64,000 bases of DNA from Candidatus Latescibacterota bacterium (GTDB lineage Bacteria > Latescibacterota > UBA2968 > UBA8231): the NCBI GenBank assembly GCA_965223905.1, contig CBDCXV010000001.1, positions 1,152,001-1,216,000 on the forward strand. Direction: 5' to 3'. Shown in pieces: positions 1 through 8,952 of the stretch. The notes below the pieces were generated by a model that ran no database searches, was not told the origin of the DNA, and saw only the letters and a program-made list of their open reading frames with translations. How positions within the stretch are numbered: the stretch's first letter is position 1; each line of letters starts with the position of its first letter. The position numbers and the translations under genes are program-made.

Positions 1-55
1 GGCCCCTCGTTTCTTAGTCTCCCCCAACCAGACAACGCCACAGGAGAATCAGGAA

Positions 56-1357
56 ATGGACCTTACCAGGCAGCCGCCCCGGCGGCCCTCCAACCTCGGC
101 GTGGCCGGCATCGTCGGGGCGGCGCGCATGACGGACAAGGCGCGCGCCTCCAAGGAGGAGCTGCTCGGGGAGTACAAGTATGGCAGGGACTCCGGCCTCG
201 ACCGGGACGTCCTCGAGTTCATCGGCATGGAGGCGGAGGACTTCGTCGAGCGGGCCGTCGAGCTCGACGACGCCGCCCTTGGCGAGCTGGTTCTGCAGAA
301 CGCCGGCCGCCGCGCCGAGGAGATCGGCGCGTTCAACCGCTACCGCCTGGAGCAGACGCCGCAGGACGAGCTGCACGAGCGCCTGCTCGTCGAAAGGATC
401 GCCAGGTACGCTCCGGGGAACACCAGCATCACAACGGTCTTGCAGTCGATGGAGCTCGACGACTGGGGGGCCTTCCGCGACAGGGACCTGACCGCACGGC
501 CGCCGCGCACCCCCTATCTGCGCAGCGTCGCCGGCATCGCCGGGGCCGCGCGCATGGCGGACAAGGCCCGGGCGGCCAGGTCGGGAAACCCCGGCGAGTA
601 CCGCTACGGCCACGTCTCCCCCCTGGACCGCCGCATTCTCGAGACCCTCGGCATCGCCGAGGAGGACTTCGTGGAAGGGGCGTACGAGAACCCGAACGAC
701 GACGAGCTCAGCGAATGGATCGCGGCGCGCAGCGAGGTCTCGAAGGGGGCGATCTCCATGCTGAACGGCGAGCTGTGCGACATGGGGATTCGCACTCCCG
801 TGCTGGGGAAGCGGTTCGTAAAACGTCGCGGAGAGATCTGCCCGGACCGCCTCGACGTCGAGACCTTCTTCGACCTGATCGACATCGACGACCAGCAGAG
901 CTTCGGCATCGTCGACCTCACCCGGCGGCCGCCGCGCAGCCCCTACGACCGCAGCATCGGCGGGGTCATGGGCCTGGCGCGCATGCTCGACAAGGCGCGG
1001 GCCTTCGCCAGCGGCCACCTCGGGGAGTACTACTTCGGCGACGACTCCGGGTTCGACCGCTGGGTGATGGAGCTTCTCGGCCTCACCCAGGAGGAGGTGG
1101 TCGGCGCCGCAAGAGAACACGCCACCGACGAGGCGTTCGCCGCCTGGCTCGGAAGCCGCCTCGACAGGAGCGAGGCGGAGATCGCCGTGCACAACGAGCG
1201 CCTGTCGGAGTACTCGCCGGGCAACGAGCGCCAGGAGAGGTTCTTCGCGAAAGCGATCGCGAACCTCGACCGCAGCCGCACCGACATCCGCACCTTCGCC
1301 GCCCTGTCGCTTCTCGACGACGCCATCGTCTTCGCCCGCCTGCACGCCGGCACCTGA
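56..1357 (+). CDS. DUF5069-like domain protein, three tandem copies
   Basis: The motif DLTxxPPRxP...GxARMxDKARA...GEYxYG..S.LD occurs three times; AGGA RBS upstream. Confidence 0.75.
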   Translation: MDLTRQPPRRPSNLGVAGIVGAARMTDKARASKEELLGEYKYGRDSGLDRDVLEFIGMEAEDFVERAVELDDAALGELVLQNAGRRAEEIGAFNRYRLEQTPQDELHERLLVERIARYAPGNTSITTVLQSMELDDWGAFRDRDLTARPPRTPYLRSVAGIAGAARMADKARAARSGNPGEYRYGHVSPLDRRILETLGIAEEDFVEGAYENPNDDELSEWIAARSEVSKGAISMLNGELCDMGIRTPVLGKRFVKRRGEICPDRLDVETFFDLIDIDDQQSFGIVDLTRRPPRSPYDRSIGGVMGLARMLDKARAFASGHLGEYYFGDDSGFDRWVMELLGLTQEEVVGAAREHATDEAFAAWLGSRLDRSEAEIAVHNERLSEYSPGNERQERFFAKAIANLDRSRTDIRTFAALSLLDDAIVFARLHAGT

Positions 1358-1362
1358 TCCCT

Positions 1363-2058
1363 GTGGCCCGCCCCGTCATCGGCATCACCGCCTCCTTCGA
1401 CCGCGAGTCCGCGGCGCAGCAGGTCGACCAGCGCTACGTCGATGCCGTGGTCAGGGCCGGAGGGGCCCCGGTGCTGCTGCCGGCCGCCCCGGAGGAGGCG
1501 TTGCTGCCCGCGGTCGCCGCTCTCGACGGACTCGTCATCACCGGGGGCAACGGGGTCGTGGACGGGCTCACCGGAAAGCTGCCGGAGGACCTTCCCGAGG
1601 AATCCCCCGAGCGCACCCGGCGGGACCACCGGGCGCTGGAGGTTTTCCTGGCGACGGAGCGGCCTGTGCTCGGCATCTGTTTCGGCATGCAGCTGATCAA
1701 CGCCCATCTCGGCGGCACCATCTGCGGCGACGCGGAAAGGGAGCTGCAGGCGCGGCCGCACTCGCCGAAACGGACCCAGGGGCAGCCGGTCGAGCACCCG
1801 ATCGATGTGCAGCCGGGAACCCACCTGCAGGAGCTGTGCGGGGGCGAGGAGAGTCCGCTGGTGAACAGCTTCCACATTCAGGCGCTCGCCGAGGTGGGTG
1901 CGGGACTGCGGGTGAGCTCGCGAAGCCCGGACGGGCTGATCGAGTCGATCGAGACAGCGGACGGCCGCGTCATAGGAGTCCAGTTCCACCCGGAGCGGAT
2001 GGAGGGCCGCCTGGCGGACAACCTGCTGGCGAACCTGGTCAGTAGCGCCGGGGCCTGA
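1363..2058 (+). CDS. Peptidase C26 / gamma-glutamyl-gamma-aminobutyrate hydrolase family (class I glutamine amidotransferase-like)
   Basis: RPVIGIT start, LDGLVITGG, GICFGMQ nucleophile, VNSFH, GVQFHPE; GTG start at 1363. Confidence 0.85.
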   Translation: MARPVIGITASFDRESAAQQVDQRYVDAVVRAGGAPVLLPAAPEEALLPAVAALDGLVITGGNGVVDGLTGKLPEDLPEESPERTRRDHRALEVFLATERPVLGICFGMQLINAHLGGTICGDAERELQARPHSPKRTQGQPVEHPIDVQPGTHLQELCGGEESPLVNSFHIQALAEVGAGLRVSSRSPDGLIESIETADGRVIGVQFHPERMEGRLADNLLANLVSSAGA

Positions 2059-2064
2059 CTCTCT

Positions 2065-2261
2065 CAGCCCGTTGAAAAGTCCATCCGGGCTGCGGCCTGC
2101 CCAGGCGGTCGCTAACCTTTCGGGTCGGAACGCTCGCAAGAGCGTTCCGTAAACGGCGTTGCGCTCCCTCCCCGAATCCCCTGCGATTCGACTGGTCGCG
2201 CGCCTTGTCTTCGACCTCCCTGACTCAGCCTCGCCTGCAGAGCAACTTTATCAACGGGCTG
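2065..2261. mobile_element. MITE-like element (about 197 bp) with terminal inverted repeats
   Basis: CAGCCCGTTGAAAAGT at 2065 and ACTTTATCAACGGGCTG ending 2261; internal hairpin CGGAACGCTC-GCAA-GAGCGTTCCG; fills the gap between convergent genes. Confidence 0.65.
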
Positions 2262-2954
2262 TCATCTGCCGAACCAGACCCGCTCGCTGTCGACCTGCAC
2301 GAGGCGGCGCTCCTCCAGCAGCCAGGCGCTGAGCCGGCCACCGTACACGCAGCCGGTGTCGAGACCGAGCAGGCAGGGCTGATCGCCTGTCGCTTCCGAT
2401 TCCCCTTTGCGATACACGCGCACCAGGCCGCCCGGGGCGTCGTGGCCGAAGACGATGGTGCCGGCCGGAGGCTCGATCCGTTCGTGCCAGCGGGTCCCGC
2501 CGACCCCCGGGCCGGGGGGCCACAGGCGGATGGAGAGGAACTGCTCCCTCGTGGTGCGGGCGAGCCCCCCTTCCGGGTCGATGCCGGCGTGGACGAGGAG
2601 GAACCGGTCCCCCTCGATCCGGAGCGGGACCTCCTGCAGCCAGGGGAGCAGCTCGTCTGCGACCGGAAGGAGTTGCTCCACCGTCGTCCGGTGATCCGGC
2701 TTGCGATACTCGACGTCCTGTCCCTGCGCCAGCGTGCCGAGATGCCGCAGCAGCCGGTCGTCGTGGTTGCCGAGGACCATCTCCGCCCCGGTCTCGCCGA
2801 TGGTCCGCCACACCCCGGCCGGGTCGGGGCCGCGGCCGAAGGCGTCGCCGGTCAGCAGCAGGCGGTCGCTGGCCGCGTCGAAATCGATCTCGCGCAGCAG
2901 GCGGCGCAGCTCGCGGTTGCATCCGTGGACGTCGCCGACGAAAACGGTTCTCAT
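2262..2954 (-). CDS. Calcineurin-like metallophosphoesterase (ApaH/PrpE-like)
   Basis: GDVHGC, GD..GRG, GNHD, VHAG, VFGH and LDTGCVYGGRL motifs. Confidence 0.88.
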   Translation of the reverse strand: MRTVFVGDVHGCNRELRRLLREIDFDAASDRLLLTGDAFGRGPDPAGVWRTIGETGAEMVLGNHDDRLLRHLGTLAQGQDVEYRKPDHRTTVEQLLPVADELLPWLQEVPLRIEGDRFLLVHAGIDPEGGLARTTREQFLSIRLWPPGPGVGGTRWHERIEPPAGTIVFGHDAPGGLVRVYRKGESEATGDQPCLLGLDTGCVYGGRLSAWLLEERRLVQVDSERVWFGR

Positions 2955-3040
2955 GGGGAATCGGGATCAGATTGGGGAGCTCGGGAGGCGGGTCCCGGGG
3001 TCGAGAGAATCATCAGCACGTAACCCGGAACAAGGGCCAG

Positions 3041-3075
3041 CTCGTTCAGGCGCCTTGCGAGCCGGGTGCCCCGGC
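3041..3075 (+). repeat. REP-like dispersed palindromic repeat, copy 1
   Basis: CTCGTTCAGGCGCCTTGCGAGCCGGGTGCCCCGGC matches the reverse complement of 6530-6564 at 30/35 positions. Confidence 0.55.
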
Positions 3076-3314
3076 GGTCCAGTTTTTCCAATCCACCTCC
3101 GGACAGGACCAAGGTTGGGCGGAGGCACTGCCCAGGATGTGGGAATCGGGATGACGGGTCCTTGCGGGGCCGCAGGAGGTCTGCCCGCGTTCAGCAGTCG
3201 CAAGGACAGGCGATCCACGCTGCGGACTCTTCAGGCCGATCCCCTGTTGCTGCACCGGTTTGGCTGCCGTATCGTACGCGCCGCCGCTGTTCCCCCGAAC
3301 CGGCCCTCCAACGA

Positions 3315-4646
3315 ATGACACAAGCCCCGTCCTCCACGCCGCCCGCCGCCAGCCACGTGATGGCCAAGCCGTCCGGCTCGGTCTGCAATATCGACTGCAC
3401 GTACTGCTTCTATCTCGAGAAGGAGAAGCTGTATCCGCAGGCGCGCAAGAACTGGCGCATGGGCGACGAGGTGCTCGAGCTCTACGTCAAGCAGTACATC
3501 GAGGCCCAGGACGTGCCCGCAGTGAACTTCGCCTGGCAGGGTGGGGAGCCGACCCTGCTGGGGGTCGACTTCTACCGCCGCGCCGTGGAGCTGCAGAAGC
3601 GCTACGCAAACGGCAAGACGATCACCAACGCCTTCCAGACCAACGGCATCCTGCTCGACGACGAGTGGGGGGAGTTCCTCGCGCAGGAGGATTTCCTGAT
3701 CGGGCTCTCCATCGACGGCCCGCGCGAGATGCACGACCGCTACCGGGTCGACAAGGGGCAGAAGCCGACCTTCGACCGGGTTATGGCGGGCCTCGAGGTG
3801 CTCAAGAAGCACAAGGTCGAGTACAACACCCTGACGGTGCTGCAGAACCACAACGCCGATCACCCCCTGACCGTGTACCGCTTCCTCAAGGAGATCGGCA
3901 GCGGCTTCATGCAGTTCATCCCGATAGTCGAGCGCGCCGCCGAGGCCCCGGCCGAAGACGAGCTGACCCTGATCGACCCGGCCTTCGAGGGCAAGGCGCA
4001 GGTGACGAAATGGTCGGTCGGCTCGGCGCAGTACGGCAGGTTCCTGTGCGCCGTGTTCGACGAATGGGTGCGCCGGGACGTCGGGCGGTTTTTCGTGCAG
4101 ATCTTCGACGTGTCTCTCGGATCCTGGCTCGGCCAGGACGCCAGCCTCTGCATCTTCGCCGAGACCTGCGGCAACGCCCTGATCATCGAGCACAACGGCG
4201 ATCTCTACTCGTGCGACCACTTCGTCTACCCGGAGTACAACCTCGGCAACGTGCGCGACTACTCGATTCGGGACATGGTCGCCGGGACGCAGCAGCGCAA
4301 GTTCGGGACCGACAAGCGGGACACCCTGCCGCAGTACTGCCGCGAGTGCGAGTTCCGCTTCGCCTGCAACGGCGGCTGCCCCAAGCACCGCTTCACGCGG
4401 ACCCCTGACGGCGAGCCGGGTCTCAACTACCTGTGCAAGGGGTACAAGATCTACTTCGCCCACGTGGCGCCGTACATGGAGTTCATGGCGCGGGAGCTGC
4501 AGCGCGGGCGTCCCGCGGCCAACGTCATGGAGTGGGCGCGCGAGCGCGACCGGCGCAAGGCCGAGGACTCCGTGCGCCCTCCCGGCCGCAACGACCCCTG
4601 CTCTTGCGGCAGCGGCCGCAAGTACAAGCGCTGCTGCGGCGCCTGA
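3315..4646 (+). CDS. Anaerobic sulfatase maturase (radical SAM/SPASM) with C-terminal SEC-C motif
   Basis: AKPSGSVCNIDCTYCFYL, WQGGEPTL, SPASM cysteines (YSCDH, CRECEFRFACNGGCPK), GRNDPCSCGSGRKYKRCC. Confidence 0.93.
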   Translation: MTQAPSSTPPAASHVMAKPSGSVCNIDCTYCFYLEKEKLYPQARKNWRMGDEVLELYVKQYIEAQDVPAVNFAWQGGEPTLLGVDFYRRAVELQKRYANGKTITNAFQTNGILLDDEWGEFLAQEDFLIGLSIDGPREMHDRYRVDKGQKPTFDRVMAGLEVLKKHKVEYNTLTVLQNHNADHPLTVYRFLKEIGSGFMQFIPIVERAAEAPAEDELTLIDPAFEGKAQVTKWSVGSAQYGRFLCAVFDEWVRRDVGRFFVQIFDVSLGSWLGQDASLCIFAETCGNALIIEHNGDLYSCDHFVYPEYNLGNVRDYSIRDMVAGTQQRKFGTDKRDTLPQYCRECEFRFACNGGCPKHRFTRTPDGEPGLNYLCKGYKIYFAHVAPYMEFMARELQRGRPAANVMEWARERDRRKAEDSVRPPGRNDPCSCGSGRKYKRCCGA

Positions 4647-4703
4647 AAACCGCTGTCCACCGCGCCAAGGATTAATCCCGAAAACCAACCGAACCGAGGT
4701 GCC

Positions 4704-5612
4704 ATGATCGAAATCCAGCTCCTGCCGGAGGAATGCAAGGCCGCCGTCACCATCGACGGCACGCTGTTCACCGAGTACCGCTACGGCCACTACCTCTGCC
4801 GGCCCTACCTCTACCCGGTCCTGACTCCTGGAGGGCAGCGGCTGACGCGCGGCTTCCCGGCGGAGCCGGTCGAGGGGGAAAACGACGACCATTACCACCA
4901 CCGCAGCATCTACGTCGCTCACGGCCTGGTAAACGGCCACAACCTCTGGGACGAGGGGGTCGGCCACGGGGCCATGCTGCAACGGGGCGAGCCGGTGACC
5001 GGCGTCGTCGAAGACGTGGCGACCATCGACGGCATCGTCGACTGGTTCGGACCCAACGGGGAGAAGCTCCTCGAGGAGCGGCGGAGCCTCTGGCTCTGCG
5101 GCAAAGGGGATCTGCGCGTCCTCGATCTGCGCAGCGAGTACCGCGCCGTGCACGGCGACGTCACCTTCGGCGACACCAAGGAGGGGGGCCTGTTCTCGAT
5201 CCGCGTGCCGACCTCGATGGACGCCAAGGAGAAGGGCCGCATCGAGAATTCGGAAGGGGACGTCTTCGACAGCGGGGAGGGGGAGGAGACCACCTGGGGG
5301 AAGCGGGCCGCCTGGGTCGACTACTCGGGACCGCTGGCCGACGGGGAGGAGTGGGGGCACACCGTCGTCGACCACCGGAACAACCCGCGCCACCCGACCT
5401 ACTGGCACGTGCGCGGCTACGGGCTGTTCACCGCCAATCCCTTCGGCGCCCACGACTTCAAACGGGACGAGAGCGTCGACGAGAGTCTGACGATCCCCGC
5501 GGGCGGCAGGGAGATCTTCTCCTATCGCCTGATCATCCACCCGGGCAGGGGGATGGCGGCCCATCCCCAGGTCGCCGGGCTGATCGACCGGTTCCAGGAA
5601 ACCGAAGGGTAG
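4704..5612 (+). CDS. DUF6807 / PmoA-like (PF14100-type) beta-sandwich protein
   Basis: RPYLYPV, DHYHHRSI, FGDTKEGG, WVDYSG, WHVRGYGLFTANPFG motifs. Confidence 0.75.
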   Translation: MIEIQLLPEECKAAVTIDGTLFTEYRYGHYLCRPYLYPVLTPGGQRLTRGFPAEPVEGENDDHYHHRSIYVAHGLVNGHNLWDEGVGHGAMLQRGEPVTGVVEDVATIDGIVDWFGPNGEKLLEERRSLWLCGKGDLRVLDLRSEYRAVHGDVTFGDTKEGGLFSIRVPTSMDAKEKGRIENSEGDVFDSGEGEETTWGKRAAWVDYSGPLADGEEWGHTVVDHRNNPRHPTYWHVRGYGLFTANPFGAHDFKRDESVDESLTIPAGGREIFSYRLIIHPGRGMAAHPQVAGLIDRFQETEG

Positions 5613-5620
5613 CGAGCGCG

Positions 5621-5729
5621 GCGGCAGGGGCGACAGCCCCGGAACCGACGGCCCGGGCTGCGGCAGGGCGGGCGGCCCCGGAATCGAGAGCCCGGGCGGC
5701 AGGGTGGGCGGTCCCGGAATCGACGATCC
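5621..5729 (+). repeat. Three degenerate tandem repeats of about 36 bp
   Basis: Units GCGGCAGGG...CCCGGAA(C/T)CGA start at 5621, 5660 and 5696. Confidence 0.6.
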
Positions 5730-5882
5730 TGATGGGAGCGGGTCGCGCGGGCGGGGAATCCGCGGGTCTGCCAGCCGCGGAGCCGGACCTGGCGTAGCGC
5801 CCCAAGCCTCCGGGAATCTCCGGCGCTGCCGAACACAGAAACGCCTCCAGGCAGAAGCACCTCAAAGCAGAAGCCCTCCAGA

Positions 5883-6473
5883 ATGCAAACAGACGCGCTG
5901 GCCGCGCAGATCGACTTCATCATCGAAGCCGACAAGCTCAAGCAGGTCCTGCGCCAGACCCTGCTTCCCGCCGACCGCCGGCAGGAAAACGACGCCGAGC
6001 ACTCCTGGCACCTGGCCATGATGGCCTGCCTGCTCGCCGAACACGCCGCCGCGGAGATCGACCTGCTGCGCGCCGTCAGGATGCTGCTCTTTCACGACGT
6101 GGTCGAAATCGACGCCGGCGACACCTTCGCCTACGACACCCGGGGCAACGAGGACCGGGTCGAGAGGGAGCGCGCCGCTGCCGCGCGCCTGTTCGGGATG
6201 CTGCCGCCGGGGCAGGCCGCGGAGTACCGCTCGCTGTGGGAGGAGTTCGAGGAGAGGAAGACGCCGGAGGCGAAGTTCGCCGCGGCCATGGACCGCTTTC
6301 AGCCGATCCTGCTGAACTACTGCGCCGGCGGGGAGACTTGGAGGCGCCACGGAGTGAGGCGGGACGAGGTGGTGGCGCGCAACCGACACATCGCCGAGGG
6401 CGCCCCCGCGCTATGGAAGGCGGCCGAGCGGCTTATCGCAAAGGCGGTGGCCGAGGGCAAGATCGAGGACTGA
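5883..6473 (+). CDS. HD-domain hydrolase (HD_3/HDDC2-like)
   Basis: DKLKQVLR, ENDAEHSWH, HDVVEIDAGD, EAKFAAAMDR. Confidence 0.88.
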   Translation: MQTDALAAQIDFIIEADKLKQVLRQTLLPADRRQENDAEHSWHLAMMACLLAEHAAAEIDLLRAVRMLLFHDVVEIDAGDTFAYDTRGNEDRVERERAAAARLFGMLPPGQAAEYRSLWEEFEERKTPEAKFAAAMDRFQPILLNYCAGGETWRRHGVRRDEVVARNRHIAEGAPALWKAAERLIAKAVAEGKIED

Positions 6474-6529
6474 TACCGGACCAGTGCCTGTGCGCGTAAG
6501 TAACGAGGGCGAGGATCAACCGTCCTTTC

Positions 6530-6564
6530 GCCGAAGCGCCCGACTCGCAAGGCGCCTGAGCGAG
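6530..6564 (-). repeat. REP-like dispersed palindromic repeat, copy 2
   Basis: Inverted near-copy of 3041-3075, located between convergent genes. Confidence 0.55.
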
Positions 6565-6650
6565 TCCTACCGGGGTGCAGCGGCGGCCGTATTCACGCGG
6601 AATTGCGCGCAGGCGCTGGCATCGACCCGGTCCGGCCCCGGAATTGCAGG

Positions 6651-7982
6651 CTATCCCGATTTGCCGGCTTCCGCCGCGTATCGATCCAGCTGCCAGCGCT
6701 CCGCCCGGACCGCGTCGAGCCGCACCCTGACCCGCACCTCCTCGGAATCGTAGCTGCGTTCCAGGATCTCCCCTTGGTCGAACAGCTGCGACAGAAGCCG
6801 CCCCTCCCGCTGCGGGATCCGCAGGTCGAGGGTGACCTCCCGCTCCTCGCAGTAGAAGCGGATCTTCTCCTTCAGGAGGTCGAGTCCGGCGCCGCTGAGC
6901 GCCGATACCCCGACCTTGCCGGCCTGCGACAGCAGCGAGCGGGCGTAGAGGCCCCCCTCCTCCTCCATCCGGTCGAGCTTGTTGTGCACCTCGATCACCG
7001 GTTTGTCCGCGGCGCCCAGCGTCGACAGGACTTCGGCGACCGTGGCGGCGTGCGCCCCCCAGTGGGGGTGGCTGGCGTCGAGGACGTGCAGCAAAAGGTC
7101 GGCCTGCGCCGCCTCCTCGAGCGTGGCCCGGAAGGAGGCGACGAGGTGATGCGGCAGGCGCCTGATGAAGCCGACCGTGTCGGTCAGCAGGATCTTCCGG
7201 TTGCCCTCGAGCTCGACGGAGCGCGTCGTCGAGTCCAGGGTGGCGAAGAGCTGGTCCTCCACGAGCACGTCGGCCCCCGAGAGCGCCCTCATCAACGTCG
7301 ACTTGCCGGCGTTGGTGTAGCCGACCAGGGCCACCCGGAACTCCTCGCGACGGCCCCTGCGGCTGGTCTCCAGCTGGTTGCCGATGCGGTCCAGCTCGCG
7401 GGTCAGCGCCCCAATGCGGCGGCGGATCATGCGGCGGTCGGTCTCCAGCTGCGTTTCCCCCGGACCGCGCACCCCGGCAGCTCCCATGCCGCGGATGGCG
7501 CCGCCGCCGGCCTGCCGGGACAGGTGGCTCCACTGGCGCGTCAGGCGCGGCATCAGGTAGTTGAGCTGGGCGACCTCGACCTGGACCTGGGAGGTCCGCG
7601 TGCGCGCGTGGCGTGAGAAGATGTCGAGGATGATGGCGCTGCGGTCGAGGATCCGCAGGTCGGTGAGGTTCTCGAGGTTGCGCATCTGCGCCGGGGTGAG
7701 ATCGCAGTCGAAGACGATCATTCCGGCACCGGCGGCAGCGGCCCTTGATTTGAGCTCTTCCGCCTTGCCCTTGCCTATGTAGTAGCGGGGCTCGACGCGC
7801 GGGCGCGCCTGGGTGATGCGGCCGGCCACCTTGATCGTTGCGGTCGTGACCAGGCGGGAAAGCTCGTCGAGCGAGTCCTCGGTTTCCCCGCGCGGGGTGT
7901 CGGGCAGCGAGAGACCGACGAGGAGGGCGGACTCGGGCGAATGCCGAGCGGACTCTTCATGCTGTCGAGATGTCGCTTCCAG
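6651..7982 (-). CDS. hflX: GTPase HflX
   Basis: RGPGETQLETDRR, G1 GYTNAGKST, DQLFATLDST, DTVGFI, NKLD; start inferred at CTG 7982 downstream of AAGGAG. Confidence 0.93.
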   Translation of the reverse strand: MEATSRQHEESARHSPESALLVGLSLPDTPRGETEDSLDELSRLVTTATIKVAGRITQARPRVEPRYYIGKGKAEELKSRAAAAGAGMIVFDCDLTPAQMRNLENLTDLRILDRSAIILDIFSRHARTRTSQVQVEVAQLNYLMPRLTRQWSHLSRQAGGGAIRGMGAAGVRGPGETQLETDRRMIRRRIGALTRELDRIGNQLETSRRGRREEFRVALVGYTNAGKSTLMRALSGADVLVEDQLFATLDSTTRSVELEGNRKILLTDTVGFIRRLPHHLVASFRATLEEAAQADLLLHVLDASHPHWGAHAATVAEVLSTLGAADKPVIEVHNKLDRMEEEGGLYARSLLSQAGKVGVSALSGAGLDLLKEKIRFYCEEREVTLDLRIPQREGRLLSQLFDQGEILERSYDSEEVRVRVRLDAVRAERWQLDRYAAEAGKSG

Positions 7983-8008
7983 GGGCGTCTCCTTCGAGGT
8001 TTCGCGGA

Positions 8009-8038
8009 ATTGTAGAAGGTTGAATGCAACCAAGTCAA
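8009..8038 (-). promoter_or_regulatory. Putative sigma70 promoter of hflX
   Basis: Minus-strand TTGACT-N18-TACAAT, followed about 15 nt later by an AAGGAG RBS. Confidence 0.5.
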
Positions 8039-8952
8039 CCGGAAATCTCAGGGGTGGGGAAATTCCAGAGGTAGCCGATTCCATCGGCCTGGACGGGTAT
8101 CGGGATGGCTTGGGCTCTGAAATTGGGGCGTGGAATTGACCACGTGATGGGGCCGGGTAGTGGGGCGGCACTATCCAGGAATGTCAACCCGTGCCTCGCC
8201 AAGGGAGCTTGGTAAGGCGAGCCCGGGATCCGGTGACGGCATTGTGCCAGGATCGAGCCTGGGCTTTCCCCCCATCTCTTGACCCTCCAAAATAAGACCC
8301 TTTATTTGCCCAATCTGACTCCTTGAATGGATCGAGGGGGCTAAGCCATGTTGACCAACGTCCCGCCCCCTGAAGCTCGCTATTTCGATATTGGAGGATA
8401 TACCCATGGCAGAATTCCTCACCACAACCGGCATTTCATTCCGCCTTGAAGGAATCATCAAGAGCGCCACTGAGCGTCTTGTGATCATCAGCCCGTTTCT
8501 CAAAGTAAACGAGCGTATCAAGGAACTCCTTGAGGACAAGGGCCGCTTGAAAATCGATATTCGTGTAATTTATGGAAAAAACGAGCTACAGCCGGGAAGA
8601 AAACAACTGGCTCGAATCGATGACTTCGATAAGGACAAGCTTTTGCAAAAATCTTCACGCGAATGTTATTTGAATGAGAATGAAGCGCTCCTTACCTCGA
8701 TGAACCTTTATGAATTTTCCCAGCAGAACAACAACGAAATGGGTATAATCGTATCTCGTGAAATAGAACCCGAACTCTACAACCAGATTTGGGAAGAATC
8801 GAAGCGGATCGTGAGGTTAAGTGAAGAGATTCGGGTGACAGTCGCAAGGGTTGAAGCAACCGAAGACGACAAAGGGCATTCGGATGCGCTAAAGTCTCGC
8901 AGAAAAACCCGCCCGATTCTGCAGAAGCCGGAGAATGGGTTCTGTATTCGGT

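Noticed and set aside
4704-5612. Particulate methane monooxygenase pmoA
   Set aside because: Soluble protein of the misleadingly named PF14100-type family; no TM helices and no pmoB/pmoC.
5621-5729. CRISPR array
   Set aside because: The units are adjacent and degenerate with no unique spacers, and there are no cas genes.
7983-8171. N-terminal extension of HflX in the ORF track
   Set aside because: It overlaps the predicted promoter and is Pro/Ser-rich with no HflX similarity.
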